Shown here: positions 9,202-19,126 of the stretch, in pieces | Layout of the letters: every line of letters begins with the position of its first letter | Numbering within the stretch: the first letter of the stretch is position 1 | Assembly (NCBI GenBank): GCA_015523565.1 | Contig: WAKA01000131.1 | Span: forward strand, 1 to 59,604 | Length of the DNA: 59,604 nucleotides | From: Candidatus Heimdallarchaeota archaeon | Lineage (GTDB): Archaea; Asgardarchaeota; Heimdallarchaeia; Heimdallarchaeales; Kariarchaeaceae | Direction of reading: 5' to 3' | Program-made: the position numbers and the translations under genes | Notes under the pieces: model-generated | The model's database searches: none | Seen by the model: the letters and a program-made list of their open reading frames with translations, nothing else | What the model was told of the DNA's origin: nothing

Positions 9202-10170
9202 TTATTCCAGTAGTTCGTTGATTTCTTCAACATCAAGTTGTGATTTTATTTCTTGGATTGCAGAGACATATGTCTTTGGACCGTTCATGAGAAATGATGT
9301 TAACATGAATGGAACGGCACGAAATTCCTTCAGGATACTAGGAGCGGTTTTTGGATGGATTCCTCCAGTTGCAAAGATTGGCAGGTCGGAAAAGGTTGGG
9401 AATTCTTTCCTGAATTTACGCAAGTGTTGTTTCAAAGTCAAAAAAATGGGTTCGCCGCTTAATCCTCCTGTTTTTCTGGGATTCCCTAGTCTTTCATCAG
9501 AAATTGGCACTGTATTGATTAGGGTGACTCCCCTGATGTTAGAACGAACTTTTTTGATAAATTGAAGATTTTCGGAAGGAGAATATTCAGGACTTAGTTT
9601 TATCCAAATTTTGTCAGAAAGGCCAGCAATTGATTCGATAATTTTTACGGATTCTTGGATATCCATGACACCCTCTTCTGTGTTGGGACATGAAAAGTTG
9701 AGTTCCATTAGGGAAACCTTGGTATCAAATGCATCGATCATTTCCTGCCATTCGCCAATGTTTTCCCCTTTTAAACTCGCAATAAGGGGAATATTCGATT
9801 TAATTCTTTCAAGTTTTTGAAGCCACCAATCCATTCCCTTGTTTGGGAGACCCAAAGAATTGATAAGGCCATCAGAAAGTCTAATGACACGTGGTCTTGG
9901 ATTTCCAACTCTTGGCTTTCTGGTGATCGTCTTGATGATTGGGATGCCAACACCAAGCCTTATGGCAGTCTGTAATTTTGTTACATCATCGACCCATCCA
10001 CTTGGCATTCCTACAGGATATGGAAATCTTAATCCTTGAATGTCTATAGGAATTGGTTTTGGTTTCCTGACCAAAAGGGAGGCAAGTGAAAAGAAAGGAC
10101 CACCGCCCTTTTCAACAAGATTTTCGGGCATTTTTGAGACAATGTTGCGGTACCATACCCTGTAGAGCAC
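9202..10170 (-). CDS. pyrD: Dihydroorotate dehydrogenase family flavoprotein
   Basis: KTIT..PR.GNPRPR, LINSLGLPNKG, ELNFSCPN, IKLSP, INT, GGLSG, ATGGI. Confidence 0.85.
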   Translation of the reverse strand: MLYRVWYRNIVSKMPENLVEKGGGPFFSLASLLVRKPKPIPIDIQGLRFPYPVGMPSGWVDDVTKLQTAIRLGVGIPIIKTITRKPRVGNPRPRVIRLSDGLINSLGLPNKGMDWWLQKLERIKSNIPLIASLKGENIGEWQEMIDAFDTKVSLMELNFSCPNTEEGVMDIQESVKIIESIAGLSDKIWIKLSPEYSPSENLQFIKKVRSNIRGVTLINTVPISDERLGNPRKTGGLSGEPIFLTLKQHLRKFRKEFPTFSDLPIFATGGIHPKTAPSILKEFRAVPFMLTSFLMNGPKTYVSAIQEIKSQLDVEEINELLE

Positions 10171-10212
10171 AATTTTCCTTGAGAATTACCAAAACATAAT
10201 CTTTTAGGTCTT

Positions 10213-11028
10213 TTAACTGAAAAGATAGAAGAGAAGGTTATGATCTGTCAAACCCATTGTATCCACAAAATGGATAAACATGATGAGTGCATGAAAAATA
10301 AGGAGAAAGACAAGTATCCAATTGAACTTTCCATTGAAAGCAATTTTACCCACCACTTGGTCATTGTGCTTGAATTCAAAAAATATTCTACTGATTGAGT
10401 AGGTTGTGAAAAAAACAATGAGATGTACAATATTGGCAGTAATATCAGCATTGTTGATGAATGCCAATTTCAGGAAGAACTCCAAGAACAGCAATATGAT
10501 AATGGGGAGCCAATACATTTTCCTTTTTCGTGAGATCGGGACAGTCATTCCTATGGTTCCCCAAATCCCGACAGATGAACCAAGAAAATAGGTCTGTTTG
10601 AGGACGCCAAATGGAAGGGGCTCAGTCAGAGGGGCGAGTACCAAGAACAAAAGGGGACTTAAAATTATGGGCGCAAGGATTGCACTGAGGAAAAAGGTTA
10701 GATAGGTAATTTTCCAATTTGTTGCTCTTTCAAGACCTTGAGTATAAAAAAGCATCAGAAAACCAGAATAACCATAATGGACAAAAGCAAAGTGGATAAG
10801 ATAGAATGTGAACACCTGCCACTGCCAAACAAATACACCCTTCAAGGTAAACATGTCAAGAGTGGCAATAGAAACAATCCATGTGTCCATCCTGTATTGA
10901 GTCGGATCCGTAAACCTTGAGCCATCAAAAAGGACGAGACCAATCAAGTAAAAGAACGCAAGTAAGGTAAAGGTGCCAATTGGACGGCGGGAGTGCCATT
11001 TTGACAGATCATAAACTAGTTTTTCCAT
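10213..11028 (-). CDS. Rhomboid-like intramembrane serine protease
   Basis: About 7 TM helices; WQWQVFT...FVH loop, GSS candidate catalytic Ser, later TM His in ANIVHL. Confidence 0.65.
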   Translation of the reverse strand: MEKLVYDLSKWHSRRPIGTFTLLAFFYLIGLVLFDGSRFTDPTQYRMDTWIVSIATLDMFTLKGVFVWQWQVFTFYLIHFAFVHYGYSGFLMLFYTQGLERATNWKITYLTFFLSAILAPIILSPLLFLVLAPLTEPLPFGVLKQTYFLGSSVGIWGTIGMTVPISRKRKMYWLPIIILLFLEFFLKLAFINNADITANIVHLIVFFTTYSISRIFFEFKHNDQVVGKIAFNGKFNWILVFLLIFHALIMFIHFVDTMGLTDHNLLFYLFS

Positions 11029-11121
11029 ACAAAAGATACGTTCGGATAAAATTTAAGCATTTTCACCAGCAAACAAGTGATACAAAATTATCATGAAAAT
11101 GACAGCTACATCGTCTGATTT

Positions 11122-12027
11122 TTGTCCAATACCAATTCAGTCACTGAAACCATTGTTTTCAGACGGCTTGATAAAACGATTTCGCCGTTATCCCATGGGG
11201 ACGATGCAATGAGTTTTAACAGAAATGGGGTATTGGAAAATGTGAGAACCCTAAAGGCATTCAGCGTAAAATCAACGAAAATCATTGGGTTTGGGGAGTC
11301 TGTATATGATGAATTTGTCAAGTCCATAAATAAGGAGGGTATTACGTTGAAAAAGGGGGATGTTCTTGTAATTGCCTCCAAGGTCGTTGCGATGGAGCAA
11401 AAGGCGGCAGTAAAGTTAGATAGTATAAAGCCAAGCGATTGGGCAAAGGAATTGGGAGAGGAAGCAAAAATGGATTCAAGGGTTGCCCAGTTAGTAATTG
11501 ATGAATCCAAAGGGAAAATTTTCGGTTGTGTGCCAAAGGCAATACTGGCAAAAACACCCTATGGCATCAGTGCCAATGCGGGGATTGACTTAAGCAATGC
11601 CCCAGATGGTTATGCACTTTTGCTTCCACGTAATCCCAGTAGTTATGCAGAAACAATCCGAAAGAAAATTTTGGAAGATTTTGGGATTGATGTACCTGTG
11701 ATTATTGCAGACTCAAGAACCATTCCATTGAGAAGAGGAACAACAGGAGTAACGATCGGCTTAGCAGGAATGGATCCAGTGATTGATGAGAGAGGTAGTC
11801 ATGATTTATATGGATATGAGATGCAGATAACAACACGTGCAATAGCGGACAATCTGGCAACAGTTGCAAACCTATTGATGGGCGAAACTGATGAGCAAAC
11901 ACCTTTCGCCATCATTTCTGGAGTGGAATACAATCAGAATGAAAAGGCGACATTGAAATCAACACTTATGCCTGAGGATCAATGCATCTATTTTGCGCCC
12001 TTTATGAAATATTTCAATTCATCTTAG
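11122..12027 (+). CDS. cofE: Coenzyme F420-0:L-glutamate ligase
   Basis: GDVLVIASKVVA, ANAGIDLSN, LLPRNP, VIIADS..PLRRG..GV.IG.AG, DLYG, AIADNLA, MGE..E.TP; true start probably downstream (11208 or 11242). Confidence 0.92.
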   Translation: MSNTNSVTETIVFRRLDKTISPLSHGDDAMSFNRNGVLENVRTLKAFSVKSTKIIGFGESVYDEFVKSINKEGITLKKGDVLVIASKVVAMEQKAAVKLDSIKPSDWAKELGEEAKMDSRVAQLVIDESKGKIFGCVPKAILAKTPYGISANAGIDLSNAPDGYALLLPRNPSSYAETIRKKILEDFGIDVPVIIADSRTIPLRRGTTGVTIGLAGMDPVIDERGSHDLYGYEMQITTRAIADNLATVANLLMGETDEQTPFAIISGVEYNQNEKATLKSTLMPEDQCIYFAPFMKYFNSS

Positions 12028-12759
12028 CGGTGCACCGCAGACCATACAATTTTCTTGGGTAGCAGGAACAAAGGAGCTACAGGATTGGCAAACTATCGGA
12101 GCCTCACCAGATTTGATTATACTTTTGACTCTATTTGAGATAAGAATTGGAGGTTGAACAGGTTCGGAAGATTTGTTTCTTTTTTCAAGGATCTTGTGCA
12201 GGATTTGGATAAGGGACAATGGGACAATGATCCAACTGGCATAAACCGCGAAAAGAGTTGCTGAAAAGTAATTGAGACCAAGCCCTGCAAGAAAAAAAAG
12301 GAAAAAGACAGAAAGTATCAATGAAAATGGGAAGGAAAAGGTAAAGAGAGCAGATCCCATGAGAGGGGATAAAACCATTCCAAAAAGCAGATCCAAGGTA
12401 AATGACTTTTTGAAGGACACATCTGGATTTTCGAAAAACCAGTCAGTTTCAAGTTTTTCATAATTTTCAACATACAGATGTGGATTGCTTGGAAATGCAA
12501 TCAGGGTTAGAAAACCACCAAAAAAGACAGGGACAAGGATGAAGAATAGAGAAGATGTGAAAAAGGTTTTGGATGGAATTGAAAAGAGAGGATACTGTGA
12601 AAGTTGTGAGAGAATTTGGAATAACATAACTTGAACCAAAAGAAAAAGGAAAACCATTGAGAGGAAGAACAGGAATGCATCGGAAAGTAAATTCTCTTCT
12701 GATCTTTCCAGAAAATAGGAAAATGAAAGGGTGTTTTTCAAGGAAACACGGGATTTCAC
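12019..12759 (-). CDS. Membrane protein with C-terminal zinc ribbon
   Basis: 4-5 hydrophobic helices; terminal CQSC...CMVCG. Confidence 0.65.
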   Translation of the reverse strand: MKSRVSLKNTLSFSYFLERSEENLLSDAFLFFLSMVFLFLLVQVMLFQILSQLSQYPLFSIPSKTFFTSSLFFILVPVFFGGFLTLIAFPSNPHLYVENYEKLETDWFFENPDVSFKKSFTLDLLFGMVLSPLMGSALFTFSFPFSLILSVFFLFFLAGLGLNYFSATLFAVYASWIIVPLSLIQILHKILEKRNKSSEPVQPPILISNRVKSIIKSGEAPIVCQSCSSFVPATQENCMVCGAPLR

Positions 12760-12885
12760 ACAATCAGGAAGTTGGTTCTTTTAAAAAACCCTTTTTTCAT
12801 TGATTGGACAGACATCATATATTTTGCAGGATTAGCATTTCAATATTGATTTTTTTGATAGAGAAAAAGTAATGTATTTGAATGG

Positions 12886-14259
12886 ATGGATAAACGGAAT
12901 CTCATGAGTGAGCAATATGATGCCATTGTTGTAGGCGGTGGACCAGCAGGTGTCTTAAGTGCCTATACGTTGGCAACATACGGTCATAGTGTTGCATTGC
13001 TTGACAAAAAGAGACATGATCAGATTGGAAATAAGACGTGCGGAGATGCATTGGATACCAGCAGTGTTACAATGTTGCATCAGGCGTTGGGACTGGAACT
13101 TCCTGAAGGAGAAGAGGTTTCCGATGTTCTTGATACCATGACCATTGCAACTGAAGAAGGAAAATTGAGCTTAGAAGCTCCAGGCTATACTGTTGACAGG
13201 CACATATATGGGCAACGGCTTTTAAGGGAATGTGAAAACTTAGGGGTCAAGGTAATAGACAGTGCACCAGTAAGGGGAGTGATCATTGAAGAAGGATTTG
13301 TCAGAGGAGTGACTTACAAAAAGGAGGGAAAGGACGAGGACATTCGTGGAAAAATAGTGATCGATTGCTCAGGAACATGGGGTGCAGTCAGACGTAACCT
13401 TCCAGATGGATTTTCTGAGGGGTTGCATAAGGAGCTCCCAGACAACCACATAGCAGCCAGTTACAGGGAAATAATAGAATTAAACAAAGAACATGAATTC
13501 CTCCATGAAATTTACCTCTACTATGACAAGGAAATACCATCTCCTGGCTATATTTGGTATTTTACAAAAGGATCGAAAAGACTCAATGTTGGGACAGGAT
13601 GGTTGAAATCGGATACGAGCGTCATCAAGGGAAGCATGAAGAAAATTTTCAAAAATGCATTGCATAAGGTTTACAGTCCAGATGAGTATAAGGTATTAGT
13701 ATCAGGGGGTGGACAGATTCCCATTCGACCACCATTTGATTGCTTGACGTTCAATGGGGGAATGGTGGTTGGGGATGCGGGATGCCTTGTAGATCCAACA
13801 ACCGCAGAAGGGCATGGACCAGCACTTATGGGAGGCTATTATGCAGGGTTGGTTGCCAGTGAGGCATTAGAAACGGGAGATGTGTCAAGAGAAGGACTGT
13901 GGGGATATAATCGGTTGGTGATTGGGCACTTTGGTGCAAGACATGCCATGTCCTATATTTTCCTGAAGTATTTGCGAAAGATAGGACAGAAAGGAATTGG
14001 AACTGTAATAAAGAGAAGATTCTTTTCTGAAGAGGAACTGACAAGTATATTTTTGGGAAAGGAATTGGAGCTTGGAGTAGGTGCAGTCATCAAAAAGCTG
14101 TTAAGGATTTTTCCTCATTGGGGTATTGCGCTGACATTCAAGAAAATGAAAGAAGAAGTGATACAAATCCGCGATCATTACATGAAATATCCCCATGATC
14201 CATTAGAATTGCCAAAATGGAGAAAAGAAAGAGACCAACTGTTGGGTGAAAAACTGTAA
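12886..14259 (+). CDS. Geranylgeranyl reductase family (digeranylgeranylglycerophospholipid reductase-like)
   Basis: YDAIVVGGGPAG FAD motif, KTCGDA, PGYIWYF, VGDAG..VDP...EG. Confidence 0.88.
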   Translation: MDKRNLMSEQYDAIVVGGGPAGVLSAYTLATYGHSVALLDKKRHDQIGNKTCGDALDTSSVTMLHQALGLELPEGEEVSDVLDTMTIATEEGKLSLEAPGYTVDRHIYGQRLLRECENLGVKVIDSAPVRGVIIEEGFVRGVTYKKEGKDEDIRGKIVIDCSGTWGAVRRNLPDGFSEGLHKELPDNHIAASYREIIELNKEHEFLHEIYLYYDKEIPSPGYIWYFTKGSKRLNVGTGWLKSDTSVIKGSMKKIFKNALHKVYSPDEYKVLVSGGGQIPIRPPFDCLTFNGGMVVGDAGCLVDPTTAEGHGPALMGGYYAGLVASEALETGDVSREGLWGYNRLVIGHFGARHAMSYIFLKYLRKIGQKGIGTVIKRRFFSEEELTSIFLGKELELGVGAVIKKLLRIFPHWGIALTFKKMKEEVIQIRDHYMKYPHDPLELPKWRKERDQLLGEKL

Positions 14260-14271
14260 AGGGGAAATCAG

Positions 14272-14745
14272 ATGGAAGGCAGGATTGTACAAATTAATGT
14301 TAAACCAGAAGGTAAGGTAGGATTACCAAAAGAAAGAATTGAGGAGACCGAAATAAAGTTTGATGGGGTAGAAGGAGATTTCAATCATTATAGGTTTTAT
14401 CATAAGGAAAACACACCGAACCAAGCAGTTCTTCTGATTCCCATTGAGACAATAGAAGAGCTCAACAATGAAGGGTGGACAGTAAAACCAGGAGATTTAG
14501 GGGAAAATATTACAACAGAGGGAATTGAATTCAATGCTTTTAAGGAGGGAATGAGAATAAGAATGGGAGGAGCCATTATTGAGCTAACAAAACAAGCTAC
14601 ACCATGTAAGAATCTTTCCGTCCTCCCTTATGTGAGTGATGTCAATGAATTCATTGAAACAATGAAAGGAAGAAGGGGATGGTATGCAAAGGTTTTGAAA
14701 GAAGGAAAAGTGAAAACAGGAGATCATTTTATTGTTGAAATGTAG
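14272..14745 (+). CDS. MOSC domain protein (YiiM-like)
   Basis: GVEGD, AVLL, PGDLGENITTEG, TPCK, GWYAKVLKEG.V..GD. Confidence 0.9.
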   Translation: MEGRIVQINVKPEGKVGLPKERIEETEIKFDGVEGDFNHYRFYHKENTPNQAVLLIPIETIEELNNEGWTVKPGDLGENITTEGIEFNAFKEGMRIRMGGAIIELTKQATPCKNLSVLPYVSDVNEFIETMKGRRGWYAKVLKEGKVKTGDHFIVEM

Positions 14746-14766
14746 ACCCATCAAGTAAGGAAACGG

Positions 14767-15390
14767 TTGATGCAAAATAATTACATGACATTGAAAGAAA
14801 GGCACAAAATGAGAGTTTTAATTGAGAAACATTATACCCATATTGTGAATGACCCTGACGGTCCTCTTTTCAAAGATGCTTTTTTAGTGGAACATAAATA
14901 TGACTATATTAAGAAGGAAGGCAAATACAAAAATGCCACCAGATATGAGGAACAAAATGAAAGGAAATGTACAATCTGCTCCATAGTTCAAGGAGATAAA
15001 AATGTTCCAAGCTACGAAATTTATAGGAATGAGAATTTCATTGTGTTTTTGAACTTGTTCCCCTATACATCAGGGCACCTGTTGATTTCACCACTTCAGC
15101 ATTTTGAGGAATATGAGACAATGCCTGATGGATTGATTGCGGAATTCGGCAAAGAAGTGAAACGAGCCATAAATTTGGTCAAGAATGCGACAAGGACAAA
15201 TTCAGTCAATGTGGGATGGAATCAGGGACCAAACGCAGGTGGGTCAATTAAGCATTTCCATGCACATGTTGTCCCTCGTTTCCCTAGAGAGATGAATTTT
15301 ATTGAAATAATTGCCCATTCAAGACCAATGATAGTTTCATTGGAGAAAATGCAGGAAATATACAAGAAAGCACTAGAAGACATAAAATGA
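14767..15390 (+). CDS. HIT family nucleotide hydrolase/phosphorylase (Ap4A phosphorylase-like)
   Basis: CTIC, NLFPYTSGHLLI, N.GWNQG..AGGSI.HFHAHVVPR. Confidence 0.9.
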   Translation: MMQNNYMTLKERHKMRVLIEKHYTHIVNDPDGPLFKDAFLVEHKYDYIKKEGKYKNATRYEEQNERKCTICSIVQGDKNVPSYEIYRNENFIVFLNLFPYTSGHLLISPLQHFEEYETMPDGLIAEFGKEVKRAINLVKNATRTNSVNVGWNQGPNAGGSIKHFHAHVVPRFPREMNFIEIIAHSRPMIVSLEKMQEIYKKALEDIK

Positions 15391-15899
15391 ATTACCAAAA
15401 TAAGCCAAGAGTATTACACCCCATTATCAATATCAAACAGGAAAAAAAAGGTATGGTTGATCCCGTCACATTGACATTGTCATTGTCCACAGGACTAGCA
15501 GGCATAGTAATAGGAAAGATTACGGGCAGGAACAAAAAAGAGGCATTACCAGTTAAAAAACCCATACAAACAGAAGAAAAGACAAATCCACGATTGAATT
15601 TTATTTCGATAACTGAGGAAATTGATGTGGATGAGCTTTTGAATCGAGCAAAAACAGGAGAACCAGTATTTATAAACTTAAAACCATTGAGAACTGCGCC
15701 GTATGCAAGAAACAATATCTTGAGAAGCTTGAGTGTTGCGGCAAGCCTTTCAGATCTCATTTTTCAAGAAGTGGCGACGGATCTCTTCCTCTTGGGTGAA
15801 AAAACATTGGAAATGAGAGTTGAGGCATTAAGGGCAACACCCTCACCAGTTGCAAGGGCACCAATAGATCATGCATTGGAAAATATTGTTGGAAGCTAA
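15387..15899 (+). CDS. SepF-like protein (divergent)
   Basis: ITEEIDVDELLNRAKTGEPVFINLKPL...NILRSL...QEVATDLFLL fits the archaeal SepF core pattern; likely start ATG 15453. Confidence 0.5.
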   Translation: MNYQNKPRVLHPIINIKQEKKGMVDPVTLTLSLSTGLAGIVIGKITGRNKKEALPVKKPIQTEEKTNPRLNFISITEEIDVDELLNRAKTGEPVFINLKPLRTAPYARNNILRSLSVAASLSDLIFQEVATDLFLLGEKTLEMRVEALRATPSPVARAPIDHALENIVGS

Positions 15900-15904
15900 C
15901 AGGA

Positions 15905-16243
15905 TTAAAGTGTATCAGAAGGTCGTGGACCAGGATCATCCCAACTTTGCTCATGAACAAGTTTAAGTGGCTTGACAGTCATATCCCTATCGACAAGGAT
16001 TTGACAGGAAAGCCGATATTTCCCTAAAGCATCAGAGGACAGGAGTTTTTCCTTTTCCCTCTCATTCATTTCAGATGGTTCTCCTTCAATGAATTCAACT
16101 CGGCATGTTGTACATTTTGCATTCCCCCCGCAACGGTGTGAAATGTCGACTCCAGAATCTTCAATAGCCAATACGAGTCTTTTGTTTTCTGCCACATTGA
16201 CAGTTTTTTGACCATCAGGTGTTATTATTGTTAGAGATGGCAT
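15905..16243 (-). CDS. 2Fe-2S ferredoxin
   Basis: HRCGGNAKCTTCRV and RLSCQ. Confidence 0.92.
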   Translation of the reverse strand: MPSLTIITPDGQKTVNVAENKRLVLAIEDSGVDISHRCGGNAKCTTCRVEFIEGEPSEMNEREKEKLLSSDALGKYRLSCQILVDRDMTVKPLKLVHEQSWDDPGPRPSDTL

Positions 16244-16318
16244 ATCAAAAGCATACTTAGTAATGAAATAAAATGTTTCGAAAGGAGAAAACTACCAATG
16301 CTGAAAGCATTTTTTGGA

Positions 16319-17323
16319 TCAATCGTTTCGCCAAGTCACTTCAACTTCTTCAGGTCGAAAATGTTGCCTGACCAAAGTATCTGACAATTGTTGACGATAG
16401 CCAGAACGGTACATTTGTAAACCAGTCCAAGCGATCATTGCACCATTGTCAATTGCGGTTGCTGGAGGCAGACCTGAGAATCTGGCGTCGTGATCTTCAG
16501 CCATTTCGTTCAGCATCTGCTTCAGACGATTGTTTGAAGCAACCCCACCTGTAACGAGAAGTTCGTCCTTCTTGAGGTGAGCCAAAGCTCTTTCTGCAAC
16601 TTCAGTCACCATTGCAAAACAGGTTTCCTGCAAACTGTTGGCAACAACCTCTACAGAGTATCCCTCTTCTTTCACTTTCCGGATTGAGGCAGTTAGAATA
16701 CCAGAAAAAGAGAGATCCATTCCTTTAACAGAGTATGGGAGGGGGACATATTCATCTGTTGTTTCTGCAAGTTCTTCAATGACTCTTCCCATTGGTGCCT
16801 TAGATGCATCCAATTTCATTTCTCTTCCAAAGACGTCTAAACAGTTGCCGAGAGGAATATCAAGAGTTTCTCCAAAAACATGGTAGCGATGGTGTGAATA
16901 TGCAATAATCTGTGAGTTTCCACCACTGACATAGAGAACAACAGGATCCATAAGTTTTCCAATCAAACGACCAATTTCCACATGGGCTATTTGGTGGTTA
17001 ACACCGATAATCGGTTTGTTTAGGGAGATAGCCATTGTTCTTGCGGCAATTGCATCGACCCTAAGACAAGGACCCATTCCACTGCCTTGTGTAAAGCATA
17101 TTAAGTCAATGTCCTTAGCTGAAAGGCTTGCCTCTTCCAATGCGGTCTTCAGCAAATTTGGCATAACCTCTGCATGATGTTCTGCGGCATCTCTTGGAAT
17201 TACACCATGCCCTATTTCTGGCTTGTATGTGGCACGTTGGTTGGCAAGGATGTTGCCATCCTCATCAACAATGCCAACACCCACCTTATCAGCAGAGCTT
17301 TCAAACCCAATTGAGATTAGCAC
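16319..17323 (-). CDS. kae1: tRNA N6-adenosine threonylcarbamoyltransferase Kae1 (KEOPS)
   Basis: GFESSA, PRDAAEHH, GMGPCL, VNHQIAHVEIG, LYVSGGNSQ, GETLDI, YSVKGMDLSFSG, DNGAMIAW. Confidence 0.95.
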   Translation of the reverse strand: MLISIGFESSADKVGVGIVDEDGNILANQRATYKPEIGHGVIPRDAAEHHAEVMPNLLKTALEEASLSAKDIDLICFTQGSGMGPCLRVDAIAARTMAISLNKPIIGVNHQIAHVEIGRLIGKLMDPVVLYVSGGNSQIIAYSHHRYHVFGETLDIPLGNCLDVFGREMKLDASKAPMGRVIEELAETTDEYVPLPYSVKGMDLSFSGILTASIRKVKEEGYSVEVVANSLQETCFAMVTEVAERALAHLKKDELLVTGGVASNNRLKQMLNEMAEDHDARFSGLPPATAIDNGAMIAWTGLQMYRSGYRQQLSDTLVRQHFRPEEVEVTWRND

Positions 17324-17359
17324 ATGTTTTGAGTGATTTTTAGGTTATTAAAGGTTCAT

Positions 17360-17590
17360 TTATAGAAGGAAGAGCAGGAGTTCGATAGGAACCCCCTTTT
17401 TACCAGTTATCCTGTCTTTTGCGAAGTTAACTGTTTCCTTGGCAATCTCTCCAGTTTTCTTTGCGACATTTTTTGCATCCGCACCAAGTTTACGTGTTAC
17501 CTTTCCAAGTTTTGATTCAGACCCCATTTCATTTTTGAGTTTTGATGTTATTTCATTGATTTTTTTCTTTGGAAAAAGGTCTTCCATCAT
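17360..17590 (-). CDS. Small basic hypothetical protein
   Basis: 76 aa, Lys-rich, fills the gap between kae1 and the divergent gene. Confidence 0.5.
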   Translation of the reverse strand: MMEDLFPKKKINEITSKLKNEMGSESKLGKVTRKLGADAKNVAKKTGEIAKETVNFAKDRITGKKGVPIELLLFLL

Positions 17591-17691
17591 AGAAATATTG
17601 GCGCATCTCTTTTATAAAGTTGTAGAATAAACGAGAAAAAAAACCTTGCCTTATCAAATAGATTAATACAGGGTCAGATGGAAGGTCAAAC

Positions 17692-19125
17692 ATGATACCT
17701 TCTGCCTCAATAATATTATGGACAAAAGGGAAAATATTGATGATGAAACGTGGAGGCAAAATGAGTTTTTTTCCCAACTCATGGGTTTTTCCAGGGGGGA
17801 AACTGGAAAAAGAACCAATCCAAGGCTATAAGGGTGATGAAATAGTATTCAAGGAAAGGGGATTGCAAGAGCTTTACGAGGAAGTGGGAATTATTCCCAC
17901 AGAACCACCAATCATCCATGAGACAAGGGAAGAATCAGTAAACCACGTAATTGATGCAGATACAAAACAAGAAATTTTCAAGAGAATGAAATTTATGGGA
18001 AGGCGACAGACACCCCCGTTTTCAAGTAGGATATATGATGCGGCATATTTTTTGTTGAATGTAAAAGAGGAGATAGAGCCAAGACCAGATGGAATTGAAG
18101 CAACAGAAGCACAATGGGTAACACCTGAACAAATGCTGGAGAAATGGAAAAAAGGGCAGATAATTGTGCCACCACCCATTGTCAGGTTACTTAAATTGTT
18201 AACATTACCAATAGAGAAGGCAATCCAAGAGTCATTGAAAGACATGAATAAGCCAATAGGTGTACAGACACCAATTGAGTTTGCAGATGGGGTGGAGCTG
18301 GTTCCCTTATCGGCAAATACAGCAAAACCATTCAAGCACACAAATTTGACATTATTCAGGGGGGACAAGAAGACATTGATTGTGGATCCAGGATGGAATT
18401 CAGAAGCTACGAACAGTGATGCAATATTAGATACAATCAAAACTGAAGAGTTGCTTGTATTTCTTACCCACCATCATAAAGACCATGTTAACGCATTGGA
18501 TATTATTGAGAAACGATTTCCGCATGCATTGCTATATGCGCATCCCTTCACATTAGAGCGGATTGAAACAGGGTTAAAGAGTCAAAAGGTAGAGAAAGGA
18601 ACCATTGACCTTGAAAAAGATGGAGAAAAATGGCCAATAAGGATTATCGGATTGCCAGGTCATACAAAAGGGCATATGGGTCTACATGACGAGCGAAATA
18701 ATGTCGTGATTGCAGGCGATCATGTGGTTGGACGTGGAACAGCCCTTTTGGATCCCAGAAGTGGGTCTGTTGCCGATTATTTGAAGAGTATAGAATTTCT
18801 GCTTAAACTGAAACCACGATTAATCTTTCCCGCACATGGACCAGTCATATTCAAACCAGAAAAGACATTGAATTATTATTACAAGCACCGAATGGAACGT
18901 GAACAGCAAATAATTGAATCCTTGCAAAACGGAAATGATACAGTACACAAAATAGTTAGGGACATATACAGAGATGTCAGCCAAGCACTTTGGAGATACG
19001 CAGGGTTCAATGTCTTTCTTCATTTAAAAAAACTGATGGAGGAAGGAAAGGTAAAAATTAAGGGAGATAAAGAGATTTCAGAAGAAAATTATGAGATCAT
19101 AAAGTTTCAGTTGGTTCAAAGCTAG
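17692..19125 (+). CDS. NUDIX - metallo-beta-lactamase (LACTB2-like) - winged-helix fusion hydrolase
   Basis: WVFPGG...QELYEEVGI Nudix box; THHHKDH, PGHTKGH, AGDH, PAHG; C-terminal HLKKLMEEGKV wHTH. Confidence 0.88.
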   Translation: MIPSASIILWTKGKILMMKRGGKMSFFPNSWVFPGGKLEKEPIQGYKGDEIVFKERGLQELYEEVGIIPTEPPIIHETREESVNHVIDADTKQEIFKRMKFMGRRQTPPFSSRIYDAAYFLLNVKEEIEPRPDGIEATEAQWVTPEQMLEKWKKGQIIVPPPIVRLLKLLTLPIEKAIQESLKDMNKPIGVQTPIEFADGVELVPLSANTAKPFKHTNLTLFRGDKKTLIVDPGWNSEATNSDAILDTIKTEELLVFLTHHHKDHVNALDIIEKRFPHALLYAHPFTLERIETGLKSQKVEKGTIDLEKDGEKWPIRIIGLPGHTKGHMGLHDERNNVVIAGDHVVGRGTALLDPRSGSVADYLKSIEFLLKLKPRLIFPAHGPVIFKPEKTLNYYYKHRMEREQQIIESLQNGNDTVHKIVRDIYRDVSQALWRYAGFNVFLHLKKLMEEGKVKIKGDKEISEENYEIIKFQLVQS

Positions 19126-19126
19126 C

